From assembly GCA_963710755.1 (NCBI GenBank), contig CAVQBK010000003.1, forward strand, positions 992,001 to 1,056,000: 64,000 bases of DNA, given 5' to 3'. Positions 1 through 10,457 of the stretch are shown here, piece after piece. Every line of letters begins with the position of its first letter. Position 1 is the stretch's first letter. The stretch comes from an uncultured bacterium (lineage in GTDB: Bacteria > Oederibacteriota > JAAXVQ01 > JAUVAV01). A program made the position numbers and the translations under genes. The notes under the pieces are model-generated. The model did no database searches, was not told the DNA's origin, and worked only from the letters and a program-made list of their open reading frames with translations.

Positions 1-1061
1 ATCAGTTTGCTGCTGCACCGGTGGTGCTTTCCCGTGCCCACCTGAGCCATGCCCGGCAACATGTAGGCGTCCTAATGAATTCAGGCTCTGCCAACGCCTG
101 TACGGGCAAGCAAGGTTTTCAGGATGCTCTTGAGTTAACCCGCGCCACAGCTGCAGTTTTGGGATGTACACCCGAACAAATACTCATCGCCTCCACCGGC
201 GTCATCGGTCAACGATTGCCAGTAAGTAAAGTGGCCGAAGCTCTGCCCGGATTGAGAAAAAACCTGCAAAGTACCAAAGGATTGGAGGCCGCCCAGGCTA
301 TCATGACCACCGATCTGGTGCCCAAAATGGCCGAGACTACCTTAAGACTCAACGGGGAAAAAGTTACCATTGGGGGCATAGCCAAAGGGTCAGGCATGAT
401 CCATCCTAACATGGCCACCATGCTTTGTCTGCTTACCACGGATGCGGCCATACCCAAGGCTGTCCTGACCCGGTTGCTTAAACTGGCAAGCCGGTCGACT
501 TTTAATGCCATTAGTGTGGATGGTGAATGCTCCACCAATGATACGGTTTTTCTTCTGGCCAATGGCGCTGCCGGACCGCGGGCCAAAGTGACCGGGGCTA
601 AAGAGCAGCAGTTGTATCTGGAAGGTTTGACGCAAGTCATGGATAAGTTAGCCCAGGACATTGTTCTCGATGGGGAAGGGGCCACCAAATTAATGGATAT
701 TACCGTGCGTGGGGCCAAGACTGAGGATCAGGCCATGACAGCGGCCAGAGCCATTGGGGATTCCCAATTGGTCAAAACCGCGGTTTACGGCGAGGACGCC
801 AATTGGGGAAGAATTTTACAAAGCTTGGGCGCCACGACTATTAGCTTGAACCCGCAAAAAGTTTCAGTCAAAATCAATGGCCTGTTGCTGGTCCAGCGAG
901 GTCTGGACAGTGGCGTGTCCATAGCCCGCGGCAATCAAGTCCTAAAAAAGAAAAAGATCGTCATCGAAGTGGATCTTCACCTGGGCTCCGGCCAGGCTCG
1001 GTACCGTACCTGCGATTTATCCAAAGCTTATATTGATATCAATGCCGGTTACCGTTCTTGA
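1..1061 (+). CDS. argJ: Ornithine acetyltransferase ArgJ (5' partial)
   Basis: Frame is open from the window start (QFAAAPV). Motifs NSGSANACTG, STGVIG, KGSGMIHPNMATML (autoproteolysis site), STNDTV and DGEGATK are present. Confidence 0.97.
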   Translation, partial: QFAAAPVVLSRAHLSHARQHVGVLMNSGSANACTGKQGFQDALELTRATAAVLGCTPEQILIASTGVIGQRLPVSKVAEALPGLRKNLQSTKGLEAAQAIMTTDLVPKMAETTLRLNGEKVTIGGIAKGSGMIHPNMATMLCLLTTDAAIPKAVLTRLLKLASRSTFNAISVDGECSTNDTVFLLANGAAGPRAKVTGAKEQQLYLEGLTQVMDKLAQDIVLDGEGATKLMDITVRGAKTEDQAMTAARAIGDSQLVKTAVYGEDANWGRILQSLGATTISLNPQKVSVKINGLLLVQRGLDSGVSIARGNQVLKKKKIVIEVDLHLGSGQARYRTCDLSKAYIDINAGYRS

Positions 1062-1184
1062 TGTTCTGAGCCAGCCGGTGCCTTCACCATAACGGGAAAA
1101 CCAACGCCTTGACCCCATTTTAAAACTCCTACAGCCAGGGACACAAGGTCCCTGATCCTATGTAAAGGACCAACAGTCATTGCC

Positions 1185-2084
1185 ATGAACTTACTTACGA
1201 TTAACCACTGGCAAGCCTATGAACTGCTCGATGCCGGACAGGGACAGAAACTGGAACGTTTCGGCGACCATGTGCTGATCCGGCCTGAGCCCCAGGCCTT
1301 GTGGCCGGCCCGCTGGTCCAAAAGCGAGTGGGAAAAACGGGCCCACGTACAATTTCTGCCCACCGCCAGTAACAGCGGGCAATGGAAAAAATTGAAGTCA
1401 GCCTCAGACCAATGGATGGTAGATTATCAATTAGCAGATAAGAAAAAAATTACCATGCGCCTGGGACTCACGGCCTTTAAGCATGTGGGACTCTTCCCGG
1501 AGCAGGCTCCCAATTGGGAATTTATTTATGCGGCCATGGCATCCATGCACACGCCAAAATTTCTTAATTTGTTTGCCTATACCGGCGCTGCCTCCTTGGT
1601 GGCCCGCGCTGCAGGCGCGGAGGTGGTGCATGTGGATAGCGTCAAGCAAGTGGTGCGCTGGGCCCAGGCCAATGCGGAGCTCAATCAATTGGACCAGATT
1701 CGCTGGATGGTGGATGACGCCCTGAAATTCGTCAAAAAAGAGCTGAGGCGCGGCCGCCAATACCAGGGCATTATCCTTGATCCGCCTGCTTACGGACATG
1801 GTCCCAATGGTGAAAAATGGAGACTGGAGGAGCATCTTGCGCCTTTGATGGGCCAGGTGCTGCGCTTGCTTGATCCGGCAAGACACTTGCTAATCCTTAA
1901 TGCCTATAGTCTTGGCCTCTCGGCCCTGGTGCTCGAAAATATCCTAATGCCTTATAGCGAGCATTACCAATCTGACCTAGCCATCGGTGAATTATATCTG
2001 CAAGCCCAGTCAGGGATCAAACTGCCCGTGGGTATATGGGGGCGGTTAAGTAAAAATGTAAAGCATCAACTCGGCGACAGATAA
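1185..2084 (+). CDS. Class I SAM-dependent methyltransferase (RlmI/RlmK-like)
   Basis: HVGLFPEQ, LNLFAYTGAAS (SAM binding) and ILDPPAYG motifs. Confidence 0.85.
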   Translation: MNLLTINHWQAYELLDAGQGQKLERFGDHVLIRPEPQALWPARWSKSEWEKRAHVQFLPTASNSGQWKKLKSASDQWMVDYQLADKKKITMRLGLTAFKHVGLFPEQAPNWEFIYAAMASMHTPKFLNLFAYTGAASLVARAAGAEVVHVDSVKQVVRWAQANAELNQLDQIRWMVDDALKFVKKELRRGRQYQGIILDPPAYGHGPNGEKWRLEEHLAPLMGQVLRLLDPARHLLILNAYSLGLSALVLENILMPYSEHYQSDLAIGELYLQAQSGIKLPVGIWGRLSKNVKHQLGDR

Positions 2085-2125
2085 ATCACCATCTCTAAGC
2101 GACTGGCGGGTTAGCTAATAAACCC

Positions 2126-2154
2126 TTGCGCACTTTAAGTGCATGTGGTATATA
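2126..2154 (+). promoter_or_regulatory. Sigma70-type promoter of rpsB operon
   Basis: TTGCGC-17 nt-TATATA with a TG extension, about 120 nt upstream of rpsB. Confidence 0.55.
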
Positions 2155-2167
2155 TCCTTGATCTAAA

Positions 2168-2262
2168 AAACACACGCCTTTTGACTTAAAAAGCCTTGCT
2201 CTTGCTCTGTGATGGAGACAGGAGTCCTTTTTGAGAGTGACAAGGGCGGCGGAAAACAAAAA
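2168..2262 (+). promoter_or_regulatory. Putative S2 (rpsB) autoregulatory leader
   Basis: CACACGCC near the 5' end and GGGCGGCGGAAAAC near the 3' end, in the 5' UTR position typical of S2 leaders. Not tested with a covariance model. Confidence 0.5.
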
Positions 2263-2276
2263 AAGGAGTTAGGATC

Positions 2277-3140
2277 ATGGCAAACATTTCAATGAAGCAG
2301 TTGCTCGAAGCGGGCGTTCACTTTGGGCATCAAACCAGACGGTGGAATCCCAAAATGGCCCGTTATATTTATGGTGAACGCAACGGGATCTATATCATTG
2401 ATCTTCAAAAAACCGTAAAAAAATTGAAAGAAGCCACTCGTTTTGTCCGCGATCTGGTAGCCAGCGGCCAAAAGATTGCCTTTGTGGGTACCAAGAAGCA
2501 AGCCAAAGATTCGGTGCAGGAAGAAGCATCACGATGCAACATGTTTTTCATTAATCACCGTTGGCTCGGTGGCACTCTTACCAACTTCCAAACTATCCGT
2601 AAAACTATAGCGCGCATGAAAAATTTGAAGCAAATGATGGAAGACGGGTCCCTGGATAAATTGCCTAAAAAGGAAAGAACCTTAGCTGGCAAAGAGTTGG
2701 TTAAGATGGACCGCTCCCTGGGTGGTATTAAGGATATGGACGATCTGCCTGGTGCGATTTTTGTGGTAGATACCAAAAAAGAACACAATGCTCTGGCAGA
2801 AGCCAGGAAACTGGGCATCCCCATTGTGGGTATTGTGGACACCAATTGTGATCCCGACGAAGTGGATCATATCATTCCCGGCAATGATGATGCCATCCGG
2901 GCTGTGCGTTTGATCTCCAGTTTGATGGCCGATTCCTGCCTGGAAGGCATGGAGATAAGACGGCAGGAATTGGAACGTCAACAAAAAGCCGAGCAGGAAG
3001 AAGCTGCCGCAGCAACAGAAGGTGAGGGCGCGGAGCAGGAAGCAGTAAGCCCTGCCGGACAGGAACCGGAAGCACCTGCTAATGCTCAGGGTGCAGCACA
3101 AGATTCAACCTCGTCGGTGGTCTCCGGACCGCAGGCGTAA
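2277..3140 (+). CDS. rpsB: 30S ribosomal protein S2 with acidic C-terminal tail
   Basis: [35 protein letters not shown] and PGNDDAIR. Confidence 0.99.
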   Translation: MANISMKQLLEAGVHFGHQTRRWNPKMARYIYGERNGIYIIDLQKTVKKLKEATRFVRDLVASGQKIAFVGTKKQAKDSVQEEASRCNMFFINHRWLGGTLTNFQTIRKTIARMKNLKQMMEDGSLDKLPKKERTLAGKELVKMDRSLGGIKDMDDLPGAIFVVDTKKEHNALAEARKLGIPIVGIVDTNCDPDEVDHIIPGNDDAIRAVRLISSLMADSCLEGMEIRRQELERQQKAEQEEAAAATEGEGAEQEAVSPAGQEPEAPANAQGAAQDSTSSVVSGPQA

Positions 3141-3180
3141 TCATTATTATTTTTAAAGGATTTCAGGAGGATAGGTTATT

Positions 3181-3777
3181 ATGGCGATTACTGCTGCAAT
3201 GGTTAATGAATTAAGACAAAAAACAGGCGTTGGCCTTATGGATTGCAAAGCAGCACTGCAGGAATGTGACGGCGACTTTGAAAAAGCTATGAAGTACTTG
3301 CGTGAGAAAGGATTGGCTACGGCTGCTAAAAAAGCAGACCGCAGCGCTTCCGACGGCACCATTGCTTCCTATATCCATGCCGGTGGTAAGTTGGGCGTGA
3401 TGATCGAAGTGAATTCAGAAACCGATTTTGTGGCCAAAACCGAAGACTTTCAGGAGCTGGCTAAGAATCTGGCCATGCATGTGGCGGCGTCCGCCCCGGC
3501 CTATGTCAAACGTGAAGATGTACCGGCTGAGGTCGTGGATCAGGAACGGGAGATTTATAAAAACCAAATGGTGGACAGCAAAAAACCGGCTGATATCATG
3601 GAAAAAATCATCAACGGGAAATTGGATAAATTTTTCCAGGAGACCTGCTTGCTGGAGCAAGTTTATGTTAAGGATCCAGATAAAAAAGTCCGTGATCTGA
3701 TTGCGGATACAGTAGCCAAAGTGGGCGAAAATATTCAAGTCAGACGTTTTGCTCGCTTTGCTGTAGGTCAGGAGTAA
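3181..3777 (+). CDS. tsf: Elongation factor Ts (short form)
   Basis: [14 protein letters not shown] and [10 protein letters not shown]; follows rpsB. Confidence 0.99.
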   Translation: MAITAAMVNELRQKTGVGLMDCKAALQECDGDFEKAMKYLREKGLATAAKKADRSASDGTIASYIHAGGKLGVMIEVNSETDFVAKTEDFQELAKNLAMHVAASAPAYVKREDVPAEVVDQEREIYKNQMVDSKKPADIMEKIINGKLDKFFQETCLLEQVYVKDPDKKVRDLIADTVAKVGENIQVRRFARFAVGQE

Positions 3778-3782
3778 TTAGC

Positions 3783-4502
3783 GTGCCCGGCCGTGGCCTT
3801 AAGTACCGGCGGGTGTTACTTAAAATATCCGGTGAAGGGTTGGCCGGGCCGCAGGGTTTTGGTATTGATCATCAAAAAGTCCGGGCCGTGGCCACCCAGA
3901 TCCAGGAATTGGTTAAAAAAGGCCTTCAAGTCGCCTTGGTGATTGGCGGTGGCAACATCTTGCGCGGCGCCAAGGCGGAAATCGAAGGTATGGACCGGGT
4001 TTCCGCTGATTATATGGGCATGCTGGCCACGGTGCTCAACGCTTTGGCCATGCAGGATAGCCTGGAGAAACTTGGCGTAGCCACCCGGGTGCAAACCGCG
4101 ATTGAGATGCATAAGGTCGCCGAGGTTTATATCCGGCGCAAAGCTATTCGTCATCTGGAAAAAGGCCGGGTGGTGATATTTGCGGCCGGCACCGGCAATC
4201 CCTATTTTTCCACCGATACGGCTGCTACCTTGCGGGCCATCGAAATAAATGCCGATGTAATTCTCAAAGCCACCAATGTGGATGGAGTATACTCAGCTGA
4301 TCCCAAGAAAGATCCTCAAGCCCAACGCTATCAGCAACTGACCTATATGGAGGTTATCCAGGCACAATTAAAGGTGATGGATACCACTGCCATCAGCTTG
4401 TGCATGGACAACCGTTTACCCATTCTAGTCTTTAACCTAACACCGGAAGAAAATATTCAAGCCGCGGTCTCAGGCGAACCGATCGGCACGATTGTGCACT
4501 AA
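3783..4502 (+). CDS. pyrH: UMP kinase
   Basis: [23 protein letters not shown] and GNPYFSTD. Confidence 0.99.
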   Translation: MPGRGLKYRRVLLKISGEGLAGPQGFGIDHQKVRAVATQIQELVKKGLQVALVIGGGNILRGAKAEIEGMDRVSADYMGMLATVLNALAMQDSLEKLGVATRVQTAIEMHKVAEVYIRRKAIRHLEKGRVVIFAAGTGNPYFSTDTAATLRAIEINADVILKATNVDGVYSADPKKDPQAQRYQQLTYMEVIQAQLKVMDTTAISLCMDNRLPILVFNLTPEENIQAAVSGEPIGTIVH

Positions 4503-4526
4503 TGACAAGCGAAAAGGAGGCCAACC

Positions 4527-5096
4527 ATGGCAGGTGATACACCAGAACTCGTGTTTCAACAACTCAGAGAAAGAATGGAAAAATCCATTGAAGCTCTTAA
4601 ACGGGAATTTTCTGCGGTCAGAACAGGCCGGGCTTCGTCGGCCTTATTGGAGCCGGTTAAAGTGGAGTATTACGGCAATCTGACGCCGGTTAATCAGATC
4701 GCTTCCGTAGCCACGCCCGACGCTCATACCCTGGAAATCAAACCATGGGATAGCAGCATTATCAATGAGATTGAAAAGGCGATTTTAAAAGCCAACTTGG
4801 GCATCACGCCCAATAGCGATGGCCATGTGATCCGAATGGTGTTTCCCTCGCTCACGGAAGAACGGCGCAAAGAACTGGTTAAACAAGTCCATAAAATAGC
4901 GGAAGATTTAAAAGTGGAAATTCGAAATCACCGCCGCAAAGCACTGGATGGCATCAAGCAGCTCAAGAAAGACAAAGCCATTAGTGAAGACGATGAGCGC
5001 GTGGAAGAAGGCAAAATTCAAAAACTCACCGATGAATTCATTGAGAAAACCGACCATATCACCAAAACCAAGGAGAAAGAGTTGATGGAAGTTTAA
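4527..5096 (+). CDS. frr: Ribosome recycling factor
   Basis: RTGRAS and LTEERRKELVK; synteny. Confidence 0.99.
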   Translation: MAGDTPELVFQQLRERMEKSIEALKREFSAVRTGRASSALLEPVKVEYYGNLTPVNQIASVATPDAHTLEIKPWDSSIINEIEKAILKANLGITPNSDGHVIRMVFPSLTEERRKELVKQVHKIAEDLKVEIRNHRRKALDGIKQLKKDKAISEDDERVEEGKIQKLTDEFIEKTDHITKTKEKELMEV

Positions 5097-5123
5097 TCTT
5101 CCATAAGATCACCTGATGATCAC

Positions 5124-5153
5124 GCCCCCTGGTGCATCGGGGGGCTTTTTTTT
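5124..5153 (+). terminator. Intrinsic terminator after frr
   Basis: GCCCCC-TGGTGCATCG-GGGGGC hairpin followed by T8. Confidence 0.75.
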
Positions 5154-5175
5154 AGGTGAAAAAGGTGAAGTTGCC

Positions 5176-5913
5176 ATGCCCAAACCTAAAACATCGGCCC
5201 TACAAAAAAGCTTAGCCAAGACATTGCCCCGGCATGTGGCTGTGATCATGGATGGTAACGGACGGTGGGCCAAAAAGCGGGGATTACCACGGGTGGAAGG
5301 GCACCGGGCCGGCATGGCTTCGGTTCATGCCATTATCCGGGAATGCGGCCGCTTGGAAATAAGCTATCTCACGCTTTACGCTTTTTCAACGGAAAACTGG
5401 CGGCGTCCCAAACAAGAAGTCAACTTTTTGATGCGCCTGTTGATTGAATATTTAAAAAAAGAACTGGATGAACTTCACCGTCAGGGCGTGCGCCTGCAGA
5501 TGCTGGGTCAGCGCGAACGTATTCCCGGCCGGGTGTTGGAATACATTGACTTTGCCATTGCCAAGACCAAAGAAAACCAAGGACTCAAGCTTAACCTGGC
5601 GTTCAATTATGGTGGCCGTCAAGAAATCGTGGACGCAGTCAATGCCATTGTGCACAGCACTCCCAAAGTACCCTTGACGGAGAAGTCGTTTGGAGCCTTT
5701 CTCTATACACGCGGCATGCCTGATCCGGATTTGTTGATCCGCACTTCCGGTGAAATGCGTCTCTCCAATTTTTTATTATGGCAGCTCGCTTATGCCGAAC
5801 TGGTGGTCACGCCCGTGCTGTGGCCTGATTTTCGTGAACCGGAATTTGCTCAGGCCCTGCAAGAATATCAACGCCGGGAACGACGTTATGGCGGCATCGG
5901 AGGAAAAACATGA
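5176..5913 (+). CDS. uppS: Undecaprenyl diphosphate synthase
   Basis: HVAVIMDGNGRWA, FSTENW and RTSGEMRLSNF. Start moved to ATG 5176, after the terminator and an AAGGTG RBS. Confidence 0.97.
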   Translation: MPKPKTSALQKSLAKTLPRHVAVIMDGNGRWAKKRGLPRVEGHRAGMASVHAIIRECGRLEISYLTLYAFSTENWRRPKQEVNFLMRLLIEYLKKELDELHRQGVRLQMLGQRERIPGRVLEYIDFAIAKTKENQGLKLNLAFNYGGRQEIVDAVNAIVHSTPKVPLTEKSFGAFLYTRGMPDPDLLIRTSGEMRLSNFLLWQLAYAELVVTPVLWPDFREPEFAQALQEYQRRERRYGGIGGKT

Positions 5914-6743
5914 AAATGCGTCTTTTGGTGGCACTCCTGTTTTTGCCTCTCTTTGCCTGGGTTATTTTCCTTTCCACGCCCTTGCCGTTTTTAATCCTGC
6001 TGGTGGTGGGGGTTGTCTTGGCGGCGCTGGAACTGGGTCAGTTGATCCGCAACCGGGACATTCGCTTCAGCTATGCCATCACGCTGCCCGCTATTCTGGC
6101 CATTGTCCTGTTGGCGGCTTTTCCTGGCTTACTAAAAACCTGGGAAGGCCAAAGTACCGATGCCTTTTGGTCCATTCTGATGATAAGCATGCTTGTTTTG
6201 AGTATGCGTGAAGTCTTCATGGGTTTTCACAAGACTAATTTTGCCAACATCAGCGCCAATCTCTTTGCCATTTTACTGGTGGGCGGGATCGGCAGTTTTG
6301 TGGCCCTCCTGCGTTTATTGCCCCACGGGCAGTGGTGGATCTTTGTCCTATTTGGTTATAACTGGGTTTATGATTCGGGAGCACTCTTCACGGGGATGCT
6401 TTTGGGCAAGCATCAGTTGGCGCCTACCATATCTCCGGCCAAAACTATTGAGGGTTTGGCAGGGGGCCTGGTTATGAATGTGGTGCTGGGCAGCCTGGCC
6501 TATGCCTTTATTATTCCCCAAGCCATGGGCTTTTCCTTTTTAGGCTTTGTGGTACTGGGGTTGCTCATCGGCTTGTGTTCCCAGGCCGGCGATCTGGTGG
6601 AATCGCTGATCAAGCGTTGGTCCGGGCAAAAAGATTCGTCTGCTTTTATACCCGGGCATGGGGGTATTTTGGACAAAATCGACAATCTGATTTTCTCGGC
6701 ACCCGTGCTTTACCTTTTTGCCAAGTTATTGGAAAGATTATGA
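5910..6743 (+). CDS. cdsA: Phosphatidate cytidylyltransferase
   Basis: Hydrophobic protein with SPAKTIEG and GDLVESLIKR..KDS..IPGHGGILD. Confidence 0.96.
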   Translation: MKMRLLVALLFLPLFAWVIFLSTPLPFLILLVVGVVLAALELGQLIRNRDIRFSYAITLPAILAIVLLAAFPGLLKTWEGQSTDAFWSILMISMLVLSMREVFMGFHKTNFANISANLFAILLVGGIGSFVALLRLLPHGQWWIFVLFGYNWVYDSGALFTGMLLGKHQLAPTISPAKTIEGLAGGLVMNVVLGSLAYAFIIPQAMGFSFLGFVVLGLLIGLCSQAGDLVESLIKRWSGQKDSSAFIPGHGGILDKIDNLIFSAPVLYLFAKLLERL

Positions 6744-7924
6744 ATGCCATTAAGCGGATCAGTATTCTGGGCTCCACCGGGTCCATCGGAAAATCCACTT
6801 TGGACGTGGTGGCCCGTCATCGTGGACAATACCAAGTGGAAGCCATGGCCGCTCATCGCAGTACGGATAAACTGATTAGTCAGATCAAACGGTTTCATCC
6901 TGCTTTGGTGGCTGTAGCCGATGCGGATGCCGCCCAAGAGGTTAAGAAACGCTGCCAGCGTTTACGGCTAAAAACCAAGGTGGTCGGTGGCGAAGCGGGT
7001 GTCTGCCAAGCGGCGACCATGAAGCGGACCTCTCTGGTTATTTCCGCCATCGTTGGTCAGGCCGGGCTGGTACCGACCATGGCCGCGATTCAAGCCGGTA
7101 AAGATATAGGACTGGCCAATAAAGAAACTTTGGTTACGGCCGGGCCCTTGGTGATGCGTGCTGTTAAAAAACATGGCGTGAGTTTGTTGCCCGTTGATTC
7201 GGAGCATGCTGCCCTGGACCAATGTCTGCATGGACACCGCGGAGTGGAAGTCAAACGACTGATTTTAACCGCTTCCGGCGGCCCCTTTGCCAAGGCCAGC
7301 TTGGCGCAATTGCGGCGCGTGGGCAAAGAAGACGCCCTCAATCATCCCACCTGGTCCATGGGGCGAAAAATCACCATCGATTCAGCGACTTTGATGAATA
7401 AAGGGCTGGAAGTTATCGAAGCCCATTATTTATTTGATATCGCTTATAACCGCATCGAGGTGGTAATCCATCCTCAAAGCATTGTGCATTCTATGGTGGA
7501 GTATGTTGACGGATCGACACTGGCGCAGTTATCCTCGCCGGATATGCGCCTGCCGATCCAAACGGCCCTGACCGCACCGGCCCGCTTGGCCAGCAGCGTC
7601 AAACCTTTGGATTTTACTAAAGGGTTGAATTTAACTTTTGGACCGCCCGATGCTACGCGCTTTCCCTGTTTACAATTGGCCTACCAAGCAGGCCAAAAAG
7701 GCGGCAGCGCTCCGGCGGTCCTGAATGCGGCCAATGAAGTTGCTGTTCAGGCTTTTTTGGAAGACAAAATTAAATTTTTAGATATATCCAGAATCATTGC
7801 CCAGGTTTTAAATGGTCACGCCTACACCAAACGGTTGTCGTTGCGGGTGATTCAACAAGCTGATGCCTGGGCAAGACAAGCCACTGCGGAGGTGATTGCA
7901 TCATGGAAACAGTCATCCAATTAA
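6740..7924 (+). CDS. dxr: 1-deoxy-D-xylulose 5-phosphate reductoisomerase
   Basis: LGSTGSIG, LANKE, PVDSEH and HPTWSMGRKIT. ATG 6740 overlaps the cdsA stop. Confidence 0.98.
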   Translation: MNAIKRISILGSTGSIGKSTLDVVARHRGQYQVEAMAAHRSTDKLISQIKRFHPALVAVADADAAQEVKKRCQRLRLKTKVVGGEAGVCQAATMKRTSLVISAIVGQAGLVPTMAAIQAGKDIGLANKETLVTAGPLVMRAVKKHGVSLLPVDSEHAALDQCLHGHRGVEVKRLILTASGGPFAKASLAQLRRVGKEDALNHPTWSMGRKITIDSATLMNKGLEVIEAHYLFDIAYNRIEVVIHPQSIVHSMVEYVDGSTLAQLSSPDMRLPIQTALTAPARLASSVKPLDFTKGLNLTFGPPDATRFPCLQLAYQAGQKGGSAPAVLNAANEVAVQAFLEDKIKFLDISRIIAQVLNGHAYTKRLSLRVIQQADAWARQATAEVIASWKQSSN

Positions 7925-9315
7925 TGAGCACGGCCGGAGCCCAGATTCATCTGGGACCGATGCTGGGCTCGCTGAAAATTGTGCTCATGGGTGTTTTGGC
8001 CTTGGGGCTGTTGATTTTCGTGCATGAATTGGGACATTTTGCCGTAGCCAAATGGTCGGGCATTAAAGTATTGAAATTTTCCCTGGGGTTTGGAAAAACC
8101 ATTTTTGGATTCACCCATAAGGGAACCGAATACGTGATCTCGGCTTTACCCTTGGGTGGATTTGTGAAAATGGCCGGGGAAAATCCTCATGAAGTTGAGC
8201 CAGGCGTCAAGGAAAAGGGCGATTATTTTTCCAAGCCCTGGTGGATCCGGCTGCTGGTGCTGTTGGCCGGCCCGGGCATGAATCTGCTCACTGCCGCGCT
8301 TATCCTGGGCATACTTTACTGGGTCGGGTTCAATGTACCCATCGCCAAGCCGCAAATCGTTCAGGTGGCGCCTGCCTCGCCGGCAGCGACTGCCGGTTTG
8401 AAGCCCGGTGATGTTATCGTCGGGTTGGACAACCAGAAAACCGACAATTGGGAAAAATTTTCGGACCAATTGAATCAAGCTGCTGCTCAAGCCTCGGGAC
8501 AGCCGTTGCATTTGGACATTGTCCGAGACGGCCGCACCCAGTTGGTCACCATCACGCCGTCACATCCTACCAAAACGTCCTGGAAAATGGGGGTGGCCAT
8601 TGCGCCGGCAGCCACGACAGTCATTGACCGGGTGATCGTGGGCACGCCGGCGGAATTGGCGGGATTGAAAAAAGGCGACCGAATTCTGGCAGTGGAGAAC
8701 CATCCGGTGTGGAGTAAATATGATTTTCAAAAACTGCTGTGGCCCCGGGCGGATAAACCAACCACCTTGCAAGTTCAACGGGGGAGTAGTGTTTTTGCCG
8801 TTAAATTAACTCCCCTTGCCCAGGAATATCCCAACCAGGGCAAGGTGGGTGTCATAGGGGTGGGGTTTAAGGCCTCTGACCGTGAGAGCACGGTGCATTA
8901 CCCGTTTTTTACCGCCATGAGCCTGGGCCTGGGGCATACCTGGTCCATGTCCAGGATGATTCTTGTTTCTCTGGGACAAATGGTGACAGGAAAATTATCA
9001 GTAAAAGATTCTTTGGGCGGACCAATTACCATTATGCGTATGGCCGGCCAGGAAGCCCGCAGTGGCTTCAAGGATTTTCTCTTTTTTATCTCCGGTATTT
9101 CCATCATGCTGGCTATTCTGAATCTACTGCCTATTCCAGTTTTGGACGGCGGTAGTGTGGCCTTTTTTCTGATTGAAGGCCTCAGAGGCAAGCCGGTATC
9201 CTTGAAAATCCAGGAACGGGCTCAACAGGTTGGATTTTTATTTTTAATTGCCCTGATGTTGTTTGCCACAGCCAATGATATTTACAAATGGGTCCTCTCT
9301 GCTTTTGGAGGATAA
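7903..9315 (+). CDS. rseP: RIP metalloprotease RseP with two PDZ domains
   Basis: HELGH and NLLPIPVLDGG, plus two PA..AGLK.GD PDZ motifs. Start uncertain. Confidence 0.96.
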   Translation: METVIQLMSTAGAQIHLGPMLGSLKIVLMGVLALGLLIFVHELGHFAVAKWSGIKVLKFSLGFGKTIFGFTHKGTEYVISALPLGGFVKMAGENPHEVEPGVKEKGDYFSKPWWIRLLVLLAGPGMNLLTAALILGILYWVGFNVPIAKPQIVQVAPASPAATAGLKPGDVIVGLDNQKTDNWEKFSDQLNQAAAQASGQPLHLDIVRDGRTQLVTITPSHPTKTSWKMGVAIAPAATTVIDRVIVGTPAELAGLKKGDRILAVENHPVWSKYDFQKLLWPRADKPTTLQVQRGSSVFAVKLTPLAQEYPNQGKVGVIGVGFKASDRESTVHYPFFTAMSLGLGHTWSMSRMILVSLGQMVTGKLSVKDSLGGPITIMRMAGQEARSGFKDFLFFISGISIMLAILNLLPIPVLDGGSVAFFLIEGLRGKPVSLKIQERAQQVGFLFLIALMLFATANDIYKWVLSAFGG

Positions 9316-9371
9316 ACCACCTCTTGCTGTTTTTTACAACAGAGAGGATAAAAAGAATAAGGTAAAACAAC

Positions 9372-10457
9372 ATGCAAAGAAATAAAACCAGAAGTGTAAC
9401 CATAGGTTCGGCGGTGATCGGCGGCCGCCATCCGGTGTTGATCCAGTCCATGACCAACACCAAGACCCATGATGAGAAGGCTACGCGGCGACAAATAAAA
9501 AAATTAGTGTCAGCAGGCTGTGAATTAGTACGTGTGGCTGTTCCCGATAAGAAAGCCCTGAGCGTATTACCGGCATTGATTGCCAAAGCGCCGGTACCCT
9601 TGATTGCAGATGTGCATTTTGACAAGGCCTTGGCCCTGGGGGCTATCGAAGCCGGGATCGCTAAAGTACGGATCAATCCGGGGAATATGGGGTTGGACGC
9701 CTCCCGGGAAGTGGCCAAACGAGCAGCGCTTAGAGGGGCGGCCGTACGCATTGGGGTGAACGCCGGCTCCTTACCAGAGCAAGCTAAAAAGCAATGTAAA
9801 ACGCCGCAAAGCTTGGGCAGGCTTATGGCACGCACGGCCTTGCGCTATGCCCGGGTGTTGGAGCAACAGGGATTGACCGCTATTGTACTTTCGGTCAAAG
9901 CCTCGTCCATTCCGGCAACTATTACCGCTTACCGGCATTTGGCAGATCAAAGTGACTTTCCCCTACATCTGGGGCTGACGGAAGCCGGCGGTTTTCTGGC
10001 AGGATCGATCAAGACCGCAGCCGGGCTGGCCCCGTTGCTGCTCGACGGTATCGGCGATACCCTGCGGGTTTCGCTTACCGGGGATCCGGTGAACGAAATC
10101 CAGGTGGCCAATTTACTGTTGAATTTCACTGGTGTGCGCAGGAGAGGCGTGGAGCTTATTGCTTGTCCTACCTGTGGGCGTACGGAGGTGGACTTAACCG
10201 CTATGGTGGAACGACTCGAGAAAGCTTTGGCCCACGTGGTTCATCCCCTAACCGTGGCGGTTATGGGATGTGTGGTTAATGGGCCCGGTGAAGCCCGGCA
10301 TGCAGATGTAGGGCTGGCCGGCGCTGCGGACGGCACCTTTATGCTGTTCGCCAAAGGCCGCGTTTTAAAACGAGTGCCCGCAGCCATTGCGGTTCCCGCG
10401 CTGTTGGCAGAGATTGAGCAGTTGCTCCATCGTGATAAAAAGGAAGTTCAACCATGA
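9372..10457 (+). CDS. ispG: HMBPP synthase
   Basis: QSMTNT, RINPGN, RIGVNAGS, CPTCGR and MGCVVNGPGE. Confidence 0.98.
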   Translation: MQRNKTRSVTIGSAVIGGRHPVLIQSMTNTKTHDEKATRRQIKKLVSAGCELVRVAVPDKKALSVLPALIAKAPVPLIADVHFDKALALGAIEAGIAKVRINPGNMGLDASREVAKRAALRGAAVRIGVNAGSLPEQAKKQCKTPQSLGRLMARTALRYARVLEQQGLTAIVLSVKASSIPATITAYRHLADQSDFPLHLGLTEAGGFLAGSIKTAAGLAPLLLDGIGDTLRVSLTGDPVNEIQVANLLLNFTGVRRRGVELIACPTCGRTEVDLTAMVERLEKALAHVVHPLTVAVMGCVVNGPGEARHADVGLAGAADGTFMLFAKGRVLKRVPAAIAVPALLAEIEQLLHRDKKEVQP